64,000 nt of DNA, taken from NCBI RefSeq assembly GCF_018977255.1, contig NW_024704746.1, positions 68,076,001-68,140,000 of the forward strand, given 5' to 3'. A program made the translations under genes and the position numbers. Source of the DNA: Callorhinchus milii. Lineage: Eukaryota. Of the stretch, positions 11,945 to 20,900 are shown piece after piece; positions within the stretch are counted from its first letter, which is position 1; each line of letters opens with the position of its first letter. Below the pieces are notes generated by a model that saw nothing but the letters and a program-made list of their open reading frames with translations, did not search any database and was not told where the DNA came from.

Positions 11945-11996
11945 ATGGAATTTCCTTTAAACAAAACGTTCACAATATTGATATTCTCATTGTTTG
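11945..11996 (+). CDS. Copy A exon: signal peptide MEFPLNKTFTILIFSLF(G)
   Basis: Acceptor tttattgcag|11931; ATG in strong Kozak context (aaagATGg); hydrophobic core; phase-1 donor G|gtgagt. Confidence 0.8.
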
Positions 11997-14900
11997 GTGA
12001 GTGTAGTCTTTATTCTGTGTATCTGTCTGTATGATATCCCTTTTCTATTTATTTAACTGACTTGCCATGACCTGATAAGCTAGAAACACCATCAATAATC
12101 GTTATCAATACTTCACCAGTAAAATCCATCCAAACAGCACATTAATCAATATCATCCATGTGGTTTTGTCCACATAATGGTGAGCACATTTAGAAGGTCC
12201 ATGTTCAGTTTTTAGCTCTCCAGGAAGAATATCATGGGGATGGGAAGGGTGCAGCGCAGATTTATAGGATCACATGATGTATGGGACACTACGTTTATAC
12301 TGAGGCGAGTTAACTTGAAGCTTTCTCACTGGACCAGAGGAGTTTGAAAGGGGACGTTGTAGAGTTGTTTAAGATTCTGAAACATGACAAAATAAATAGG
12401 GAAAAGGTTTCCTTTAGTTGAGGAATCACTGACAAGGATTGTTAACAGAGAAATCAGGGGAGAAGTTTGAAGTAATTTCTTCACCAAGAGAGTTTTTGGG
12501 GTGTGGAATTAATTACAAGCTATTGAGGCCAACTTAATAGGATCATGTAAAAGTGAACTGGGTAAGTGGAGTGAAATGTTAAGGAATATGGGGGAAGTGA
12601 GATTAATAAAAAGAGCAACTTTATACAAAAAAAATCACGGTGGCATAGATGTAGAACCAGCTGCCCGAAGCAGTGGTAGAACCAGATGGTATAAATGGAT
12701 TTAAGTTGAAGCTAGATCTACATGTAAGGGAGAAGGGAATAGAAGGGCATGGCAGGCGATAAGTGATGGGTAGAGAATCATGTGGGGTACACATCGGCAT
12801 GGACTCATTGGGCCAAATGGCCTGTTTCTCTGCTGTACTGCGTATATCCCTATCACCCTCATCCTTGCCCAGCTCCACTGACTTCCCATCACACAGAGGA
12901 TACAGTTCAAGATCCTGGTCCTCACTTTCAAAGCCCTCCATAGCCTTACTCCCCCCTTCTTCTCTGACCTCCTAACAGCCTACCACCCTGTTCGTTTCCT
13001 CCGCTCATCAGGCTCCGGCCTACTTCACGTCGCCCGCCTTGCTAGCCCCACTCTGCAGCCACTCTCGAGAAATCCATCCCGCTGTCTCTTCGCCTTGCCA
13101 CCTCCCTCGCCATCTTCAAGTCCTTCTTCTTCGACTGTGCTTTCGATCTTCCCGCTTCCCCCCCGCCCTCCACCTTCCCCCACCCCAGGCTCGGCTCCGT
13201 AACTCTGTCTGTCCAGCGCCTTGGGTCATCCTCCCGACATGAAAGGCGCTATACAAATGTAATTCTGTTGTTGTTGTATGTAAATATGATGGGCTAAAAA
13301 TCTGAAAATTACCTTCTTTGTTGATAATTGCAAGTTAATACTTTAACTGCTGAGTTTCCAGTGATTATGGGAATTCGAGGTTCCATGATTAGGAACTTAT
13401 GTTTAATTCACCGTGATACAGAAATAAACACTAATAATATTAATAATCCTTGCATTTGGTAGAGTGTCTTAACAACAACAACAACAAGATTACGTTACCA
13501 CGTTGTTGAGATGCTTCACAGGATGTAAAAGTAATTAAGCTGTGATGTGTAGTGGGAATAGCTGTATTGCTATGGATATGGAGCAAAGACATGTAATTGG
13601 AGTTGAGATACAGATCAGCCATGATCTTATAGAATGATGGAACAGGCTTGAGGTCCTGAATGGCCTTCTCCTGCTTCTATGTTTCTATTACAGTAGAGCT
13701 TCAATGGGGAAGCAAATACATGATGGGTGGATATCATCTTTCAGTGCTGTAAACTAACTAGGACTCTAGCACTGTAATTAACTATATCAACTTGTAACTT
13801 TTTAGGTGAGGTGTCTTTGCACATGATATCTGAAGTCGTCGGCAGAGATGTATTGCTGCCCTGTCTCTTTACACCAGAATCCAATCTTGATCCTGAGAAA
13901 CTGATCATCAACTGGCAAGGGACAGACGACAACTCAGTGGTTCACAGTTTCTACAGTAACGTTGACCATCCAGAGTATCAGAATCAGAAATTCAGAGGAA
14001 GAACACAGCTGTTTCCCAAAGTCATTCTAAATGGAAATGCTTCACTTCAACTGAGAAGGCTGACTTTATCAGACAATGGGAACTACACATGCTACGTTAT
14101 TCAACATGATGATCATGCCTATGTCAAAATTGTGGTAGAACTCAGAGTGCTTGGTAGGTATTTAGAAATCTTGCAGCAACAACAAGAATAGGAGGGTCTT
14201 GAGACATACCTTGAAGGAGGCAAGGGAGACAGCGAGGCAAAGGGACTGTGGGATGGAGTTCCAAAGGGTGGGAGCAGAGAAGCTGAAGGCCCGGCCACCG
14301 ATTTTGGGGTGGGCAAGACGGGATCTGGAGCAGCTCAAGAGTAGTTTGTTTCTTGAGGGGGTGGGCAGACATCTGACATTTACAGCGGTTGTGCACCCAC
14401 GTGATGAGTGGGTGTATTGTTCACTTTTGATGATTCCGTGTGAGTCATTTGCAAGAATATGAATGTTTGTTGCAGGTGACAGGGAGGAAGGTTGTGTTAT
14501 CCAATAGAAAGGTTTTTAAGAACTACAAAAAAGCTTCAAAGTTAAAACTGAATTCATCAATTCTGGACACTCTGAGAAGCTAATGTCAATACAGAAAACC
14601 GAGACCGAGGCAGAATTTTGCCCCAAACATCGATAAACAACACTAGCAACTTTAAATGAGGAAGGAGAGGAAGTATTTTTCCATAAACAGCTAAAATTTG
14701 AATGGACTAATGGGTTACATCAAAACATATTCTGCATGTTTTAAGAGATACGAGATTTAAGATAAGTGAGCAGGATGTGAACATGTAGATGCAAATATCC
14801 GAGTCACACTGCACAGTGCTCCAAGTCAGAGAGCCAGTACGTCTACAGCAAAATACCCAAGGCAGAATTATTTACATCTACACAATACATACACAACACA

Positions 14901-17900
14901 ACCAAATCAGAGAGTATACATAACTTCATGAACAAGGAAGACGAACTTTAAAATGTTAAAATGTCACAGTGATTAACTGTCATGTCTAGTGACTTCTGTA
15001 GGCAAATGTGGCAGTCATTTTGTGCACAGCATGGTCCCACGCAGTCATGAGTTGAATGACCAAATTAGCTGGAGGGCTGTTGGCCAGGACATCCATGGGT
15101 TTAAGGCACATTAAGTTGACATCTCTCAAGAAAAGTAGACCACAGGCTAGCATTGCCTAAGACTGTTGGCCTCGTTTCCAAGATTGCACTCACATGAAGC
15201 ACCACCCAAGCACTGTAGCTTACGTGCTGGAGAGATTGTGTGCGGTTTCTGTTTCTGTGGTTTATTTTCTTTGTTAGTCAGGAAAGGCTGCAACACAGGA
15301 AGTCAGTGTAAGTATTTTTGTAAGTCAAAACTGCAGATCTGTTTTAGCCATTGCAGCACTGCACATCCGCACATGTCAACAGCACAGTGCACATCCGCAC
15401 ATGTCAACAGCACAGTGCACATCTGCACATGTCAACAGCACAGTGCACATCTGCATATGTCAACAGCACAGTGCACATATGCACATGTCAAGCAATCACC
15501 ACATCTGTGTAATCACAAGTCAGGAAGTTTAATATTCCACAAGGCTGAGATCAAATGAGTTGAAGAGCTTTCTTCACATGAACCTCTCCTGTGATCTTGT
15601 GCAATGACTTGTACTTTAATGGCTGGGAGTAGGGCATCTTTGGACACACACAAGTCCAGACACTGTCAGGTTACTCCAGAATACAGTGGAAGCAGAGACT
15701 TCAGCCTAAGTGTTGACAGGTGCTGCTTTTATAGTCCATTTCTGACATTACTGGAGACGACAGCCTCACTAACCAGTTAGAAGCAACTGTTTCCCTCATC
15801 TGAAGCCCTCTCTGACACAGAGTGCTGAAAGGGCTTGTACAAGTAAAGTTTGATGCTACACTATTACAGGCCAAAACACACACCTTTCCTCAGGTGATTA
15901 TAGACTTACACAACCCACATGGTGAAAGCCATAGCACCGCTTTTCAGGAAGAAAATTTGCTGCCACTGCTTTATGGTTATTGCAAACTCCCAGATACAGA
16001 TACGTCACAAGTCACTGAAGACAACAACCTTGAAGATCAGATTCCAAAGGAACAAATCAGAAGATTGGGAACTGCTGCAGTATTTTTTGTCATTGTCGGG
16101 ATTGGAATTGGGATCGGGATCAAGATTGCCATCAGGAAATCGATAATGAAAAAACAGCGTCATATGGATCCTGAGAGTAAGTTTTAATATGATGAGCAAG
16201 TACCTGATCACCCGCACTAAACTCCGTCACACCACCGCACCATCACAGACTCTCCCCTACCTGTTGCCTCCTCCATCGGCTGCCGCACTTTCAGTCACTA
16301 AGCCCTGAAGCTTTGGAAATCTCTCCGCAGATCTCTCTGCCTTACTCCCTCGTTCCCCTCTTTTAGATCACGACTGAAGAGCTTCCTCTTCGACTGTTTC
16401 TAGTCACCTCCTCCCCCCGGCTCGGTGTCAGGCTCCGCTACTGTTAAGCGCTCTGAAACGCTGCTGCGCGTGAAGGGCGCTATATGCATGCAAGTTGTTA
16501 CCTACAGTTGTACATACTATCGACATTCCTGAACCAAGCAAATTATCCCCATTAATCATTTCTGGTGTTTTAAGAACAAGTGCAAGTGAGACTCCACCCA
16601 TCCGAATAATAATCCTTGCATTTGACATTGCGTCTTATCACGTTTTGAGACGTCTCAAAGCGCTTCACAGAATATCCCCCTCCCCGGCCTCCCCTCACAC
16701 ACTCTATTACCTTCTCTCGCAAATATGTACCAGGTTTCCTCTTAAACACATTGATGCTTCCAGCTTCAACCACAGCATCTGGCTGTGCTTCCACATTTTT
16801 ACCACTCTATAAAATAATTTCTTCCTAAACTCTGTTTCAGATCTGTTAGTGGCTATTTTAGATTTATGCCCCATTGTTATGGACTTGCGAACGAGCAGAA
16901 ACAATCTTTTTCTGTTCACCTTACCAAATGCCTCTCCAATTTTAAACGCTTCTATCGAGTCTCTCAATCATCTTATCTCTAAGGATGAAACCCCGAAGCA
17001 GTTCAGTCTTTCCTAATACTTAGATACTCTCATCCCTGGGAGCATTCTAGTAAGCCTATGATAATACTACAATAACATTATATAGTGACAAAAACTGCGC
17101 ACAGTAATCCAAATATGGTCTGACCAACGATTATACAAATTTTACATTACTTCCTTGCTTTTGTGTTCTCTTCCCAGGGCATAAAAAAGTTCCTCTGCAC
17201 TCTAGTCAGGCTCCGCCATTGTTAAGCGCTCTGAGATGCTGCCCTGGGTGGAGGGCGCTATGTCGGTGCAAGTTGCTGTTGTAGTATTTGGATTCTATAT
17301 GGTCTTAACCACCTGTGCTGCTGTTTTAAAAGATACAGAGATTGCCCCAGATTGAGTATTGGTCTGTGCTGAGTTAGCTATTCTGGTCTAGTTAGTCTGA
17401 TTCGGGAAAAGAGGAGAAAATCAACCACAATTCTTACTGCTCTCCGTATTCTTCTCGATTTTGATCTCAGATGCTAGTGTCATCTTACAATTTCTTTGGC
17501 TCTCATAGAAATTACAGCACAGAAATGAGCCCATCGTGTCCATACCGCTGGCTCCCTCTGGAGCCCTCTACTGTTAGATTCCCCTGGTCTCTCTCCCCAC
17601 CACACACATTGTCTGTGCTGTGCGCACTCTCCCTCTGGTGCTGTCCACTATAATCCCATTCTTGTATTCTTTACAGTTAGTTATTCTTTTTCGATGAGCT
17701 ATAATTTAATAGAAAGATCAGGGGCTCTGAATTGTTTGATTTGGGGAATTTGTAACTAATAATAATACTGGCATTTGATGTAACGCCTTATCACGTCTTC
17801 GAGACTCTCAAAGCGCTTCACAGAATATAGTGTAAATTGAATTGACTATATTTTGTGGGCGAAACACGGCAGTCAATTGCGCCCAAACAAAATGTAATAT

Positions 17901-20900
17901 CTAATATCTATATAATATAAACAAACTGTCACTAATTGACTTGGAAATTGTATTTTGTTTTTCCAGGAGCGGCTTTGATAAGATACCCAAACATGGCAGG
18001 TAATAAGCTGAGCTCAATTCATGCTGTATTAATTCCAGGCCAATCTCTGCAACTAATTGTAATAAAAAGATGCCTGTTTTCCCCAGGAACAGATAACTGG
18101 AGTTTGGATTTGGGACTGTGTTAGTGTGGAGCTTCACGAGTATAATTCATGGCATTTGCTGCTTTCTGCCTTCACCCTGGTTTCTGCCTCAATTACTACT
18201 ACCCCAGGCTTCTGCTCCTCCCTTTGAATGCCATTAAAATGTTTAATGTTTTCTAACTCAATGCATACCATTTAAACGCAGCATATGCTCACCAAAATGC
18301 TGTATAGAATTAGACAAGTGCAGGTGGGCGGGGGCATAAAGCCAGGAGCTTTATTTACAGTGAAATACAGGAAAACGCTCATAATCATATCAGTTGGGAA
18401 CAACATTTGCAAACTTGTATGATTTAATCATTAATCTACACCGCACATGTGTAATGCAATGCAGCCGGCAAGTCCGCAAGCTGCAGTTTGTCATCCCAGC
18501 CAGGAAGTGCTCATGCCGTGATGGGTCACGACTGTTCTCTGCGATTGAAAGCAGCCGTAAGTGCAGGAGTAATGGAGGATAGGAGAGCAGTGTTACCAGT
18601 TAGGAGATGATTAATTTGACTGGTGCAAAGAAGTTAAGTCGTTTTGATAGGAAACTGAATGGATGGACGTACGACATTGGCGATTGTACGATTTATAAGC
18701 AATTTTTAAATTTATAAGCGATTTATAAGCCTTGAGAGCTTTACTATAATCTACTGGATCAACCACCTTAACTCAATAAGAGCAAATAGTATAGCCCAAC
18801 ATTAAAAGACAGACCCTCTGAGAAGCTCTAGGATGTTGGTTTGAGGAATGACAAATTATACTGGTCACATTAAGTCCTGAGGGAAGAAATTACATCTGAA
18901 TTTTAATCTTAAACACAAAATACTGCAGTGCTGGAAGTCTGAAATAAAAACTGAAGTCGCTGGGAACTCAGCAGGTCAGACAGCATCTATGGAGAAAAGA
19001 AAATGAGTCAACGTTTCGGGTCCACGACCTTTTGTCAGAACACCGGTTCTGGTGAAGGGTTGTGGACTTGAAACGTTAACTCACTTTCCTTTCTCCATAG
19101 ATGCTGCCTGACCTGCTGAGTTCCCAGCGACTTCAGTTTTTATTCCTAGATTTAATCTATTTTCTTAGCAATTCAGAGCCTCCCGTGTTTGGACAATACA
19201 TAAGAATTGTGCAAATTGCACAGACTCTGAAATGCTCAGAATATAAAGAACCACAAAATAAAACATGAGTTTGTTTCTTTTCAGATGCTCTTGAAGACTA
19301 CAAACTGTACCTTACAAAGAAGTATTCTAATATGATCAATAGTAACATGTCCAAATGCTACGCAAGCCTCATGAGGACAGTGGATGTCACATACCCAAAG
19401 AAGGAAGGAAAGTTCATTGAGGGAATTAATGGAGGTGGGTCAGACAATACAAAAGAAATCAAACCAACTGAAATGCTGTCTGTGGCACTGGGAAAAAAGT
19501 GCTCTTCAAAACGTATCTTAATGGTAGGAGATGCAGGTGTGGGGAAGAGCTGGACAGTTACCTGCATGAGACAAGAATGGGCGTCTGAGTCAAACGAACA
19601 ACCTTTTAAGTGCATCATTATTTTGAGATTCCATGACTTAAATAAGGTTAAAGAAAAGACAACGCTACGGAAACTGCTTCAGAGCAAGTGCTCATCACTG
19701 TCAGAAGTCCTGTCTGCACTTCTCCTTGATCCCCATGATGTGTTGATCACTTTGGATGGGCTGGATGAATTTCACCATCAGCTAAGTTGTGATGCTCCAA
19801 TAAGGGACATTGACATAGACACTGAAGCTGACGTGAACGTTCTTGTGTCCGATCTGATTTGTGGGCAACTGCTTCCTGCTGCACACATATTGGTTACCTC
19901 CCGATGGAATAATGACCAGATAAAAATTAACAAGAAATATTTTGATTGCATCCTGGCCATTTCTGGGTTTACCACTAATCAGCTACGACAATACTGCGAT
20001 GTGTTCTATCAAGATAAGGAAACAGCAAGCAAGATGTATCAACATTTTACAGAGAAAGAAACCATCACCTATCTGGCCTGCAATCCCCTAAACAGCTATA
20101 TGCTGTGCAATATTCTGAAGACATGTAAAGATTACTCTGAAGGGGTAACGGCTGTGCCAGTGACTCAGAGCAAACTCTTCTCTCTGTTCTTTGACAGCCT
20201 CTTTAGTCATGGTACTCCAGGCACTGACCAGTCACACAAATTGTCAGCGACTGATCTGGAGAAATGTAAGGATAGACCCCATGACAAAATTGTTGAAACC
20301 ATCCTAAAAGTGGGGAAGCTTTCCTATCACTATCTCTTGTCAGGGAAACACAACATGGTAGAGAAAGATCTGATTGCCTTCGATATAAACCCAACATTTC
20401 TTTCCAGTCACTTGTCAAATCTCATCTTGGAAAAGAAATGGGACAATCGGAGCAGCTTTGAGTTCTATCATGCTATGATAATGGAGCAGGTTGCAGCCTG
20501 GTATTGTGCAGACTTAGTGAGGGACAAAGCCGAAGAGCTGATCGAATGCCTGGACCTGTGGTGTCTTGGAAAGGTGCCACAGAACTCAAAGAACCCGTTG
20601 TGTATTGAAGCAGCCAAGTGGCCTGAGCACAAGAAGAACCTCTTCAGTTTCACCAAAATGTTCATGGGCTTCTTAACGGCAGGACGAGGTGGAAACTTCT
20701 GGAAGTCTGCAGCTCCCCTCAGTGATTCTACTTCCCAAGCCCTGGTCAGGTGGTTTAGGGACTGGCTATGTACAGATATAAAGCAGTCTGAGCTGCTAAA
20801 TTTAATGCATTGCCTTTTCGAGCTGCACGATAACAAAGTGACAGAAGAAGTGTCTCCTCACATCAAACGCATAGACTTTTACAACATTTCTCTGAGCCTC

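Noticed and set aside
11779-12000. 73-aa hydrophobic ORF MFQNSW... as the signal peptide
   Set aside because: Spans an intron-like tract and stops at 11998-12000; a different frame (ATG 11945) gives a proper signal exon in phase with IgV.
15822-15993. Upstream 57 codons of the 121-aa ORF as an IgC or extra ectodomain
   Set aside because: No Ig motifs; the candidate acceptor near 15893 is phase 0 and incompatible with the phase-1 IgV donor.
17178-17204. Possible second frame-preserving 27-nt micro-exon (HKKVPLHS)
   Set aside because: Acceptor derives from a CR1 remnant and the weak donor (GTCAGG) is part of an L2-tail repeat also seen at 16428; likely coincidental.
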